Part shown: positions 8,202 to 17,719 of the stretch, one piece after another
Numbering within the stretch: position 1 is the first letter of the stretch
Layout: the number at the start of each line of letters is the position of its first letter
Source of the DNA: Patescibacteria group bacterium
GTDB lineage: Bacteria > Patescibacteriota > WWE3 > JAMCXX01
DNA: 64,000 bases
Assembly: GCA_023474425.1 (NCBI GenBank)
Contig: JAMCXX010000002.1
Coordinates: 132,217 to 196,216 of the forward strand
Direction: 5' to 3'
Translations under genes and position numbers: made by a program
The notes under the pieces: model-generated
Database searches by the model: none
Seen by the model: the letters and a program-made list of their open reading frames with translations, nothing else
Told to the model about the DNA's origin: nothing

Positions 8202-9166
8202 CCAACGAAGAACTACTTAAAATTTATTTTTCGAATAAACACATCCTACAATCCCAACCGTGGGGAGAATTTAAGACTCTCATGGGAACAAAAGCGGTTA
8301 GGGTGGGTATTGCTCAAATGACTTTGCACAAAGTTCCCCTGTCCTCTTTTAAAGTTGGCTACCTGCCAAAGGCGAAACCAGTTGACCTAGACCTGGAAAA
8401 AATTTATGAAGTTGGGAAAAAAGAAAACTGTATTTCTGTAAAACTCGACGTCCCTCACACTAACGAAAATTTCAAATTTCAAAATTCAAATTTCAAATTG
8501 GTGCCAGGTAAACCCGTTTTTGCGCAGAGCACATTCCTTCTTGACCTGACTAAAAACGACGACGAGCTCTTATCCGGCATGCACGAAAAAACGAGGTATA
8601 ATCTGCGATTAGCTCAAAAGAAGGGTGTTGCCGTCAAAATTTATTCCAGCCCCGACGAACCCGGCGCCAAGACGGCGTTGGAAGAATTTATCCGACTGCA
8701 AAGAGAAACGGCCCGGCGCCAAAAATTCTTTGTCCATCCTGACCACTACTACCGAACCTGCTTTGACGTTCTTTCCGAGAAAAAAATGGCTTACCTCATC
8801 GAGGCTAAAATTTCAAATTCTATCGCTGCTTCCTGGATCCTCTTCCGCTACGGCGATGTTCTTTACTACCCCTACGGCGAATCAAACTACGAATACCGCA
8901 GCTTCATGCCCTCAAATCTTTTGATGTGGGAAGCAATTCAACTCGGAAAGAAATTAGATTGTAAGGTGTTTGACCTGTGGGGCGCGGCCGACGATCCGAA
9001 TGACGAATCCGACCCGTGGCATGGCTTCACCCGCTTTAAAATTTCATTCGGTGCTACCCACGTTAAGCTCGCTAAAACCTGCGATTTAGTTATAAACAGC
9101 TACCTCTACAACCTTTTCAACCTTGGGGATAAATTTAGGTGGAAACTGTTAAGGCTGATTAAGTAA
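8198..9166 (+). CDS. FemAB-family peptidoglycan interpeptide-bridge aminoacyltransferase
   Basis: The start overlaps the HAD stop (gtga). Family-like layout: QSQPWGEFK N-terminus and a central coiled region, with a paralog directly downstream. Confidence 0.65.
   Translation: MTNEELLKIYFSNKHILQSQPWGEFKTLMGTKAVRVGIAQMTLHKVPLSSFKVGYLPKAKPVDLDLEKIYEVGKKENCISVKLDVPHTNENFKFQNSNFKLVPGKPVFAQSTFLLDLTKNDDELLSGMHEKTRYNLRLAQKKGVAVKIYSSPDEPGAKTALEEFIRLQRETARRQKFFVHPDHYYRTCFDVLSEKKMAYLIEAKISNSIAASWILFRYGDVLYYPYGESNYEYRSFMPSNLLMWEAIQLGKKLDCKVFDLWGAADDPNDESDPWHGFTRFKISFGATHVKLAKTCDLVINSYLYNLFNLGDKFRWKLLRLIK
8467..8501. repeat. heptad tract aaatttc aaatttc aaaattc aaatttc aaattgg, in frame in the FemAB-1 gene
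   Basis: Read directly from the sequence. It encodes NFKFQNSNFKL. Confidence 0.85.
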
Positions 9167-9226
9167 GCAACATTTTGTAGAGAATAAAACTTGGGAAAGG
9201 TAAGAGCAAAATGGTATCTTTTGAGC

Positions 9227-10141
9227 ATGGAACTTAGACAAAGCCGTGAGTGGGGAAAATATTTGGCAAGTTTGGGGTGGCAGACGAAAGAAATTGATGG
9301 CTGTGCCCTGCGGATTAAAAAGTTGGGTCCGCTGGGTTCGATCATTAAAATTCAGCGACCCAAGAATTTGCCCCTCGAAAAAATCGACGAATTCGCCAAG
9401 CGCCTCCGGGCACTCTTTGTTAAAATTGAACCTTGCGATAATTCTCGATTCTCAATTCTCAATTCTCAATTTTATCGCCCGGATACCTGGCCGCTGACGC
9501 CCTCACGAACCGTCTTTATTGACTTGGCCCAAACCGAAGACGAACTTTTGAATAGCTTTTCCAAAGACACCCGACAAACCATTAAAAAGTCAGAAATTCC
9601 AGGAATCAAATATCAAATAGCCGATCTTGGGAATACCCATAGCTACCACACTACAGTGTATGGTAGCATGGAAAGAAGGGATAAATATTTGAGCGACTTT
9701 TATCAGGTGTGGAAACTTACAGGAACACGCGGCAAGTTCTGGGTTCTTTCTTTTTCCGAATATCTAAATAAGATCGCGGCTTTTGAAGGTAAGGGGTTCT
9801 TTGTGCTTTCATATCTCGAAGAGCGCCTCGTTTCCGGATGCCTCATTTTAATTTGTGACGGGATAGCTTACTATCACCACGCTGCATCCACTTTGGAGGG
9901 CCAAAACCACCACACCCCTTACGGTCAACTCTGGAAAGCCATTCGGGAAGCAAAAAAAAGAGGCTGTACCAAAATGGATTTAGAGGGAATCTTCGACCCG
10001 AGATTTAAAGATATGTTTAAAAGATGGCTTAACTTCTCGACCTTTAAACTCAAATGGGGCGGCGAAGTTTTTGAATACCCGGGCTCTTTTACCAAAGCAT
10101 ACAATCCGCTAATCGGACTCCTCTTTAAAATCAACAGGTAA
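9227..10141 (+). CDS. FemAB-family aminoacyltransferase, second paralog
   Basis: MELRQSREWGKYLASLGW N-terminus parallels the upstream paralog. C-terminal FK.KWGG pattern. The start is chosen at the internal ATG 9227; the track ORF begins at TTG 9191. Confidence 0.6.
   Translation: MELRQSREWGKYLASLGWQTKEIDGCALRIKKLGPLGSIIKIQRPKNLPLEKIDEFAKRLRALFVKIEPCDNSRFSILNSQFYRPDTWPLTPSRTVFIDLAQTEDELLNSFSKDTRQTIKKSEIPGIKYQIADLGNTHSYHTTVYGSMERRDKYLSDFYQVWKLTGTRGKFWVLSFSEYLNKIAAFEGKGFFVLSYLEERLVSGCLILICDGIAYYHHAASTLEGQNHHTPYGQLWKAIREAKKRGCTKMDLEGIFDPRFKDMFKRWLNFSTFKLKWGGEVFEYPGSFTKAYNPLIGLLFKINR
9440..9474. repeat. heptad tract aattctc gattctc aattctc aattctc aatttta, in frame in the FemAB-2 gene
   Basis: Read directly from the sequence. 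It encodes DNSRFSILNSQFY. Confidence 0.85.
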
Positions 10142-13100
10142 TATTAGTTGACCGTCTTTCTGCGGCACGCCGTTAGGCCAGCAGTGGGGCTTAAACTCGC
10201 AGTAAGAACAAAAGTCGTAATTGGTTGTGCGCGGGAACTCGAGCTTTCTAATTTTTCCCATAACTTCCTTAATGAGCGCCTTTAGCGCCTCCGTCTCTTC
10301 ACGGCTAATGACAAAGGAGTGTCTTACGAATTTGCCTTCCCGTCCCTCTACAAAGTCCAACTCTGATTCAACCACATCATAGTTAAAGGACCGGTCCAAA
10401 TCGGCCAAAATTTTATAAAAGATGAGCTGTCTTTTATATGAAGGATCCTTCTCCTTAGTTTGGCCCTCAACTTCGCTGCGGCTTCTGGGTCTACCGGTTT
10501 TGTAGTCTACCACTTTAACCGGTCGCCGGACATTTGGATAAGATTCCACTGGCAGAGGATCGATCCGATCAACCTTGCCGGTTAAGGGTATATCTCCTAA
10601 ATAAACTTTGGAAAACCCATAACCAAAGAATTTTTCGGTAAAAATTGGCCGCACTAAACTGCCGCGGTAAAACTCGTAATAGGCCTTTAGAATTTTTCTC
10701 CCTTTAAGCAAAATGTCTTCGTAATCTTTTTTTGTTAGAATTTCGTTCTGCAAAGCAACCTCGAATTGGTCAATTAAAAACTGCGACTCCGGCAGACGTC
10801 CTTCGTCCCGGAACCTGCGCAGCATGAGCTCTAAAGCCCGGTGAACGGCCGAGCCGAAGGACAGGTATTTGTCTTTAGCCCGCGGCGTGCGCAATAGAGT
10901 ATTAAGTTTAAATTTATAAGGACACTCCAAATAGGTGTTGAGGGCGGTTACTGAAAGTTTAAAATCGCGCAGGACGGTGGTTAAAAAATCTTTCTCGGCA
11001 ATACTTGTCTGAACTCGGGGAACAATGGCCAGCAAATCCTTAAGTAGCTCCTTAACTTTGTTCTCGTATGGGGAAACATCTATCAACCGGAAGTTGTTAT
11101 TCCCAATTTCGGTAATAAACTGCGAGGGGAAAGTTTCGCGCAAAGCCGAATCGCCTGGATAATTGTCGGCATAAGTAATAAAGACTTTATGGCGGGCCCG
11201 GGTTAAGGCTACATAAAAAAGACGGCGCTCGTCCTCATTGACACTATCCGATTCAATGGGCCCTGATCTTTTGGGCCCAAAGGCATTACTGTCGACAGAT
11301 GCCAAAAGATTTGACGGTAGTTTAATAAGCTCGCGCGTCTTATTGTTGCCGAACTTTCCGTCTAAGCACTTAACAATAAACACGTAATCAAACTCCAGTC
11401 CTTTGGCGCCATGGGCAGTGGTCAGAACAACGCTCTCCGTTTTAATTTCCAAGTCTTCTTCGGAAACGGAGATTCCAGCCTCCCGCAAGACCCTTAAGTC
11501 CTCAAAAAATTTTTCCAAATTAAGCGTGTGATCGAAGGAGTTAAGCCTTTTGATTTCAGTAAAAAGCGAATTAAGACGGTTAAGTTTTTCTACGCTGTCC
11601 GGCAGACCCAAAACCCATTCCAAAAAACCGCTCTCATTAACCACTTTTTCAAAAAGCGCCGTGAGGGTCAGGTTGGCGCCGTCTTTCTGCCACTCTAAAA
11701 GTTTGTTGACAAAAGTAATAAAGGACCTCGGGCTCCTCACTATCTTGCCTTTCTCAAAATCGGCGTGGAGCACAGCCTCAATAAAGTTGACCTTAAGGTC
11801 GCTAGAAAATCGCGCCAGTTTTAAGGTATCCAAATAATCCAAACCGAATCTTTGGGCAACAAACTCGTAATTAAAAACGGTAAATAGATCCAAATCTTCT
11901 TCGCGAACCCGGATTTTAAGAATTAACTCCAAAAGCCTTAGAATTTTATCTAAATCGTAATCTTTGAGTACGTTCTCCCCCGCCCGAAGATTATAGTTAA
12001 TCTTAAGCCTAGATAATGTATCGGCTAACCCTTGGGCGTCGGCGTTGTGCCGGTAAATTACGGCAATCTGCGACGGGCGGGCGCCGCCGTCAATAAGCTC
12101 CTTTATTTTTTGGCCCACAAAAAAACTTTCGGTGATGCCTGAACTAAAGTGGGCCACCTCAACACCGATTTCACGTCGGGCCGATTTTAACTTTTTTCCG
12201 CCGTGAACAAATACAAGCTGGCGTTCAATACCTTTAATATAATTGGAAAGCCTTATCCGATTATGGCTAATGAGTGTGTAAGCGGCATCCAAAATTTCTT
12301 GCTGACTACGATAATTTTGTCTTAAGGTAATCACCCGAGCCTTGGGGTAAAGTCGACGAAAAAGAAGAATGTTTTCCAGGGAAGCTCCCTGAAACCGGTA
12401 AACGGACTGTTCATCGTCACCGACGGCAAAGATGTTGGCATCATTGCCCCAGAATTTACCCAAAAAACTAACCACTTTATTTTGCGGCGAATTGGTATCC
12501 TGAAACTCATCCAACAAAATATACTGAAAACGCTCCTGGTAGCGGCGCAAAAAAGTCTCATCTTGCTCAAAAGCCTCAACCACGAGATTAATCATATCCT
12601 CAAAATCGTAGCGAGACTTCTCCGCAATTTTCTCCTGATATCTCTTATAAACCTGCAGGAGTTCGAGATTCTTCTGCAGATCTCTCTTCTCAAACCCGTC
12701 GTCCAACACTATCTTAGATTCAGAATGCTTAGTTATGATTCCGATTTCCGAACTCTGAATTCTGATTCTCTTTAAGACCTCGTCAAAGTCATCCGGGGAA
12801 ATCCCTTCCCGCTTCAAATCCTGAATACTTTTAATAAGCGCTCGGACATAGTAATACCTTGAGCCGAACGGCTTTAAGGATTCAAACCGGCCTTCGTCCA
12901 AAATCTGCCTGAATATTTGTACGCGTTCCAGTTCGGAGAGAGGCTCTAAGTCTTCGCGAACAATAAACTTCTCGGGGTTCTCCTGAATCAGCTCACTGCA
13001 AAAGGAATGGAAGGTATGAACACCAACGTAGTAAGCTTCCGCGCCGATGAGGGAAACGAGACGTTCGCGCATGGCCTTGACTCCGGATTCGGTAAAAGTA

Positions 13101-13312
13101 AGGGCCAAAACAGCCGAGGCCGGCACGTCAGTTTTTAGGAGAATGTTGGCAATTCGGGCGGCCAAAACCTGCGTCTTGCCCGTCCCCGGGCCGGCCACAA
13201 CCAGGACCGGCCCTTCGATAGTATCTACGGCCTCTCTTTGAGCCGGATTAAGGCTTTTATAAACTTTTTCAAAATCTTTTGAGGTTTTTTTCCTTTCCGA
13301 CTCGGAAACCAT
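10109..13312 (-). CDS. UvrD-family helicase fused to a C-terminal PD-(D/E)XK (Cas4/AddB-like, Cys-cluster) nuclease
   Basis: Walker A AGPGTGKT, DEFQDTN, VGDDEQSVYRFQGA, QNYRS, TAHGAKGLEF and YVALTRA motifs. C-terminus has CPYKF .. VDYKTG .. CSYCEFKPHC. The start is taken at MVSESERKK. Confidence 0.8.
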   Translation of the reverse strand: MVSESERKKTSKDFEKVYKSLNPAQREAVDTIEGPVLVVAGPGTGKTQVLAARIANILLKTDVPASAVLALTFTESGVKAMRERLVSLIGAEAYYVGVHTFHSFCSELIQENPEKFIVREDLEPLSELERVQIFRQILDEGRFESLKPFGSRYYYVRALIKSIQDLKREGISPDDFDEVLKRIRIQSSEIGIITKHSESKIVLDDGFEKRDLQKNLELLQVYKRYQEKIAEKSRYDFEDMINLVVEAFEQDETFLRRYQERFQYILLDEFQDTNSPQNKVVSFLGKFWGNDANIFAVGDDEQSVYRFQGASLENILLFRRLYPKARVITLRQNYRSQQEILDAAYTLISHNRIRLSNYIKGIERQLVFVHGGKKLKSARREIGVEVAHFSSGITESFFVGQKIKELIDGGARPSQIAVIYRHNADAQGLADTLSRLKINYNLRAGENVLKDYDLDKILRLLELILKIRVREEDLDLFTVFNYEFVAQRFGLDYLDTLKLARFSSDLKVNFIEAVLHADFEKGKIVRSPRSFITFVNKLLEWQKDGANLTLTALFEKVVNESGFLEWVLGLPDSVEKLNRLNSLFTEIKRLNSFDHTLNLEKFFEDLRVLREAGISVSEEDLEIKTESVVLTTAHGAKGLEFDYVFIVKCLDGKFGNNKTRELIKLPSNLLASVDSNAFGPKRSGPIESDSVNEDERRLFYVALTRARHKVFITYADNYPGDSALRETFPSQFITEIGNNNFRLIDVSPYENKVKELLKDLLAIVPRVQTSIAEKDFLTTVLRDFKLSVTALNTYLECPYKFKLNTLLRTPRAKDKYLSFGSAVHRALELMLRRFRDEGRLPESQFLIDQFEVALQNEILTKKDYEDILLKGRKILKAYYEFYRGSLVRPIFTEKFFGYGFSKVYLGDIPLTGKVDRIDPLPVESYPNVRRPVKVVDYKTGRPRSRSEVEGQTKEKDPSYKRQLIFYKILADLDRSFNYDVVESELDFVEGREGKFVRHSFVISREETEALKALIKEVMGKIRKLEFPRTTNYDFCSYCEFKPHCWPNGVPQKDGQLILPVDFKEESD
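12737..12771. repeat. heptad tract gattccg atttccg aactctg aattctg attctct (plus-strand reading; antisense to the gene)
   Basis: Read directly from the sequence. It lies within the helicase-nuclease CDS and encodes IRIQSSEIGI on the minus strand. Confidence 0.7.
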
Positions 13313-13331
13313 AATTAGTGAATTCTTCGGA

Positions 13332-14399
13332 TTATTCCAAAAGGTCGGTCTGCTTTGGTTCGGCAAGCTGAATTGAGGATATTTTTCCTTCCAGACGGGA
13401 AAAGGAGGAAGCGGATTCGTCGGCGGCGTTCTTAGCGTTGGTAATGTGTTTAACGGTCAGCCTAAGGTCGTCGCTAAATTTTCCGGCTTCAATCCTTATG
13501 GCCTTCAGCGAGCTTAAAATCTGATTAACCTCACGGGCCACCTGCTGCCTCTCAAAACCAAAAAGAATCACTTTAAGATACTGGGTGAACATGCTGGGCG
13601 AGGCAATAACCACGTTCTTTTGATAAGCATAGTCGACCAAGTCGTGGAAATTGTTGACAATTTCATAGACGACCGGCTCGGAGGGCACATACATAATGGC
13701 CCGATCCATGGTCCCTTCCTCCGGCAGTATATATTTGCGGGCAACGGCATCAATATGACCTTTTACGTCTTTTACGAATTCCTTGCCCGACTTTTCACGC
13801 TCAAGAGGTTCCACGCAGGATAAATATCGTTTGAAGGTGTCCATGGGAAACTTGGAATCCACCGGCACGTTGCCGTCGGCAGTCACAATTAAGGCGTCAA
13901 CCTTTTCGCCGCTCCTAAATGTGTGCTGGAGCTTAACCGATTCAACGGGGAAATGCTGCTTTAGCAAATCGTATAAAATCTGTTCTCCAATGTTGCCGCG
14001 CAGTTTCGGCGCCTGCAGAAGCTGGTGCAAATCCTTAAGATAGACGCTGGCCTCCTCCATGGCTCCCAAATTCTTTTGCACACCGCCGATTACTTCAGCC
14101 GCCTTGTCCAGACGCTCATTGAGCTGTTTGGTGTTTTCCTGAAGGGTTTTGGAAACATCGGCCGTGCTCGCCCGCAGACTCTCATTAACAGTCTTGGCCA
14201 AAGCGTCGAGAACCGTTTGGGTGTTGCGGGCCGAGTTCTCCTGGCTCTGCTGTGTGGATTTAAGCCACTCGAGAAGCATTTTCCGGCTCTCTTTTTCCGC
14301 CTCCGACCCGGCTAATTCCCTGAATTTACGGTTGGTAAGGTAAATCAAAAGGGCAAAGCCGGCCACGATAAGAAGAGCTAAAAACAGATTAAAAGACAT
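13332..14399 (-). CDS. rmuC: DNA recombination protein RmuC
   Basis: N-terminal TM helix, a long coiled-coil region, and a C-terminal RmuC-like nuclease region (VDALIVTADGNVPVDSKFPMDTF). Confidence 0.78.
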   Translation of the reverse strand: MSFNLFLALLIVAGFALLIYLTNRKFRELAGSEAEKESRKMLLEWLKSTQQSQENSARNTQTVLDALAKTVNESLRASTADVSKTLQENTKQLNERLDKAAEVIGGVQKNLGAMEEASVYLKDLHQLLQAPKLRGNIGEQILYDLLKQHFPVESVKLQHTFRSGEKVDALIVTADGNVPVDSKFPMDTFKRYLSCVEPLEREKSGKEFVKDVKGHIDAVARKYILPEEGTMDRAIMYVPSEPVVYEIVNNFHDLVDYAYQKNVVIASPSMFTQYLKVILFGFERQQVAREVNQILSSLKAIRIEAGKFSDDLRLTVKHITNAKNAADESASSFSRLEGKISSIQLAEPKQTDLLE

Positions 14400-14437
14400 A
14401 CTCCCATTTTAAAACAAATTAAGGCTAAAATATATGT

Positions 14438-14791
14438 ATGCCACGTTTTCTTTTGACTTTTATATTTCTCTTCGCCGCTTCGGCAACAGGACTTATGTGG
14501 GAAATCCTGACGACCGCTCCGAGCAAAACCAGCCTAATTATTTTCTTTATTCTCCTATTTATCTTAGTTTTAAGCTTACTCTCTCTCGTCTTTTACGCAG
14601 TCGCCGCCCTCCGGGTGCGCGAGCCGCTCAACCGACGGACCCGGTTTCGGGAAGACCTTAAGGCCTCGGTCCTCCTCTCCCTGCTCGTGGTCGTAACCGG
14701 TATTCTTAAAGTTTCCATGGCGCTAAACCCAGTTAACTTTTTACTGCTGACGCTAATTCTCGTTGTTCTTTTCCTCTACCTCAAGCGATAA
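14438..14791 (+). CDS. hypothetical membrane protein
   Basis: 117 aa with 3-4 hydrophobic helices. No motif recognised. Confidence 0.4.
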   Translation: MPRFLLTFIFLFAASATGLMWEILTTAPSKTSLIIFFILLFILVLSLLSLVFYAVAALRVREPLNRRTRFREDLKASVLLSLLVVVTGILKVSMALNPVNFLLLTLILVVLFLYLKR

Positions 14792-14808
14792 TTTGCTAAA
14801 ATCAAGCT

Positions 14809-16221
14809 ATGACCAAAAAGAAATATCTAATTACCACGGCCATCGACTATACCAACGATGTTATTCACTTAGGCCACGCTTATCAAAAGGTGCTAGCCGA
14901 TGCCCTGGCCCGTTTTTTTAGGCTCTCGGGGCACAAAGTTTATTTTGTAACCGGCACCGACGAGCACGGCGGTAATGTGGAAAAAGCCGCCAAGAAAAAC
15001 AACCGGACGCCCAAATCCTGGTGCGATGAGATTTCAAAAAAAGATCGGGAAGAGCTGGATATCTTAAAAATCGGCTACGACCGGTTTATTCGCACCACCG
15101 ACGCCGACCACGAAGAAACCTCGCTTTGGTTTTACCAAAAAGTTTTGGAAAACGGGGACATTTATCAAGGCGAGTACAGCGGTTTTTACTGCGATGCCTG
15201 CGAAGCCTACAAAACCGTGAGCGAACTTAAGGACGGACGCTGTGAATTTCACCCGAACCTGGAGCTAAAAAGAGTTATTGAAAAAAATTATTTTTTCCGC
15301 TGGTCCCGCTATGCCGATTTCCTAAAAGAGTACATCAAAGAAAATCCGCGTTTTATAATTCCCGAAACGCGACGCCGCGAAATGCTTTCGTTTTTGGGAA
15401 GCGGTCTTGAGGATATTCCGGTAACCAGGCAAAACATTGAGTGGGGATTTAAAGCGCCCAACGACCCGCGCCAAACAATCTATGTGTGGTTCGACGCACT
15501 GATTAATTACTATACCGCCGCCAAAAAGACGGGTTTCTGGGATGAAAACACCTTTATTATCCATGTTTTAGGCAAAGATAACACCCGATGGCACACTCTT
15601 TTGTGGCCGGCCATGCTGAAGTCGGCGGGGCTAAGACTGCCGGATACCACCCTTAACCATGGTTTTTTAACACTTGAGGGCAAAAAAATCAGCAAGACTT
15701 TGGGCAACATTATTCGACCGAGCGAGCTTGTGACAAAGTATGGAACCGACGCCGTGCGCTACTACCTCCTTCGCTTTGGCCCACTCTTTGACGACGCAGA
15801 CATTTCCGTAAAAAGATTGGAAGAGGTTTACAATTCCGATTTGGCCAACAACTTAGGCAACCTTACTTCCCGCACGGCCAAGCTTTGCGAAAATTCCGCC
15901 GCCGAGTTTGCTCTTGCCAAAAAGCCGGGGAAATTTCACCCCGCCGTCATAGCACCCTTAAAAAACTTTCGGGTGGACATGGCCCTCGCCGGACTCTTTG
16001 AAACTAAAATTAAAGAAACCAACGAATACATTGACCGGGAAAGACCGTGGACAAAATCGGGTGATGAGCTAAACAAAATTCTAAACCGACTCGTGGAAAA
16101 CATTCGGGAAATTGCCTTCAACCTCGAGCCTTTTCTGCCGGATTCCGCCGCAAAAATCAGAGAACAATTTAAAGGACCGAAAATTAAACCGGACAAACCG
16201 TTGTTTCCGAGAATCAGTTAG
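14809..16221 (+). CDS. metG: methionine--tRNA ligase (short form)
   Basis: HLGH (HIGH-type) motif, KISKTLG (KMSKS-type) motif and a MetRS-like WFDA region. Confidence 0.9.
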   Translation: MTKKKYLITTAIDYTNDVIHLGHAYQKVLADALARFFRLSGHKVYFVTGTDEHGGNVEKAAKKNNRTPKSWCDEISKKDREELDILKIGYDRFIRTTDADHEETSLWFYQKVLENGDIYQGEYSGFYCDACEAYKTVSELKDGRCEFHPNLELKRVIEKNYFFRWSRYADFLKEYIKENPRFIIPETRRREMLSFLGSGLEDIPVTRQNIEWGFKAPNDPRQTIYVWFDALINYYTAAKKTGFWDENTFIIHVLGKDNTRWHTLLWPAMLKSAGLRLPDTTLNHGFLTLEGKKISKTLGNIIRPSELVTKYGTDAVRYYLLRFGPLFDDADISVKRLEEVYNSDLANNLGNLTSRTAKLCENSAAEFALAKKPGKFHPAVIAPLKNFRVDMALAGLFETKIKETNEYIDRERPWTKSGDELNKILNRLVENIREIAFNLEPFLPDSAAKIREQFKGPKIKPDKPLFPRIS

Positions 16222-16417
16222 GTCCGAAGGCATGAGGCCTGAAGTGGAGGTATTGAAGTTAGACTCTCTGGATCTCCTTGAACTTGAAACTCTTGACTAC
16301 TTGAAATCAAGACAGCGAGACGTCAAGTTCCGGATATCTACCTTCCAACTTCAAGTAAATACCCACGCTACACAACTTCTACCCTGCCGACCTATTGCCT
16401 TCTGACCTTACTTAATT

Positions 16418-17269
16418 ATGAGTTGGCAAATTTTAATTGCCGTAAGCGTTGTCACCTACTCCGTGGCTGTCCTTTTTCAGAGAGTTCTTCTACGCGGGGA
16501 AAACAGCCATCCCGTGGCCTTCGCCATTTTTTTCCAAGTAATTGTGGGGCTTATGGTTGGTCTTCTCGGTCTACTGTTTCTGGGAATGAGACTGCCGGCC
16601 AATTACACGATTTGGAAAAACCTGTTGCTTTCGGTGGCCCTCTACACCCCTTACAACATCTTCGTTTACAAAGCTTTAAAGGCCCTCGAGGCCTCAAAAT
16701 TTACCGTCGTTCTTTCCTCCCGGGTTCTCTTTACGGCTCTGGCCTCAACCGTTTTTCTCAATGAATCTTTAAGTTCCAGGCAGATTCTTGGCTCCGCTTT
16801 AATTCTTTCGGCTGTGGTTCTGGTTAATCTTAAACGCGGACTTTTCTCCCTTGGTCGAGGCGAGGGGCTCACCATTCTGGCGGCGATTTTTTTAGGTTTA
16901 GCCAACACCAATGACCGATTTATTCTTAAATCTACTGACCTCTACGCCTACACGGCCTTCGCCTTTCTGGCCCCGGCCCTGGTAATGTCGTTAATTTACC
17001 CACGGGAAATTAAATTCCTACAGCCGTTTTTTAAACCAAAGGAATTTCTGACCATGTTGTTCTTAGGCTTAATTTTTACCATCGCCTCTCTGACCTTCTT
17101 TGGTGCGCTAAAGGTCGGCCACAACTCCTCACAAATAATTGTAGTTAACTTAACTAATGTTATTCTTACGGTTATTCTGGCCTTAATCTTTCTTAAAGAG
17201 ACGGGCCATTGGCTAAGAAAGCTACTTGGCGCCTTTGTTGCCTTTGCCGGACTGATTCTGGTTGGCTAA
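16418..17269 (+). CDS. EamA/DMT-family transporter
   Basis: 283 aa with about 10 hydrophobic helices in a duplicated EamA-like layout. Confidence 0.7.
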   Translation: MSWQILIAVSVVTYSVAVLFQRVLLRGENSHPVAFAIFFQVIVGLMVGLLGLLFLGMRLPANYTIWKNLLLSVALYTPYNIFVYKALKALEASKFTVVLSSRVLFTALASTVFLNESLSSRQILGSALILSAVVLVNLKRGLFSLGRGEGLTILAAIFLGLANTNDRFILKSTDLYAYTAFAFLAPALVMSLIYPREIKFLQPFFKPKEFLTMLFLGLIFTIASLTFFGALKVGHNSSQIIVVNLTNVILTVILALIFLKETGHWLRKLLGAFVAFAGLILVG

Positions 17270-17348
17270 CTTCTGTTACCCTATCGCACCTATCCCGCTC
17301 TGCGGGGCGAAAGTGTGGATATAAGGAATCGCGGCAAGACAGCCGGTA

Positions 17349-17378
17349 TTGACAGACAAACAGCAATCGTTGTAGATT
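17349..17378 (+). promoter_or_regulatory. sigma70-like promoter candidate (TTGACA-18 nt-TAGATT)
   Basis: -35 TTGACA at 17349-17354 and -10 TAGATT at 17373-17378, in the 450-nt gap after the EamA gene. Confidence 0.35.
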
Positions 17379-17506
17379 AATAACCAATGATTAAGAACGC
17401 ATTCGAAGAAAATCTAAACAGCTGGCACTACTATTGCACAAACCCCCTCACGGCGGGAGGTTTTCTTGTTGTCAATTAGTGGCTAGTTGATAAATTTCAA
17501 GGAACA

Positions 17507-17531
17507 AAACCCCGCCAGGCGGGGTTTTTTT
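17507..17531 (+). terminator. rho-independent terminator
   Basis: AAAACCCCGCCAGGCGGGGTTTTTTT: a GC-rich stem followed by a 7-T run. Confidence 0.7.
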
Positions 17532-17640
17532 GTGTTCCCAAAAGCACCAGAAAAAAAAATAGAAAGGGGGCGATTGCAGAGACGGAAAACTTATAAGACA
17601 CTCAGCAATTCGGGTTACTTGAGATCAAACCAAAACGTTG

Positions 17641-17695
17641 GGGGTAGAAAGGATCCGGGTTAAGGATTAACTCTTTCTACCCCTGCCGTAATCCT
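17641..17695 (+). promoter_or_regulatory. 5'-leader hairpin with potential pseudoknot upstream of the 601-aa gene
   Basis: A perfect 11-bp stem pairs GGGGTAGAAAG (17641-51) with CTTTCTACCCC (17673-83). Loop AGGATTA (17663-69) is complementary to TAATCCT (17689-95). The SD AAAGGAGAG follows at 17706-13 and the ATG at 17720. Confidence 0.4.
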
Positions 17696-17719
17696 AACAA
17701 AACGAAAGGAGAGTTAAAA

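Noticed and set aside
16423-16764. 113-aa alternative-frame ORF inside the EamA transporter gene, and 14434..14661 inside the 117-aa membrane ORF
   Set aside because: Both overlap better-supported frames that have clear transmembrane periodicity.
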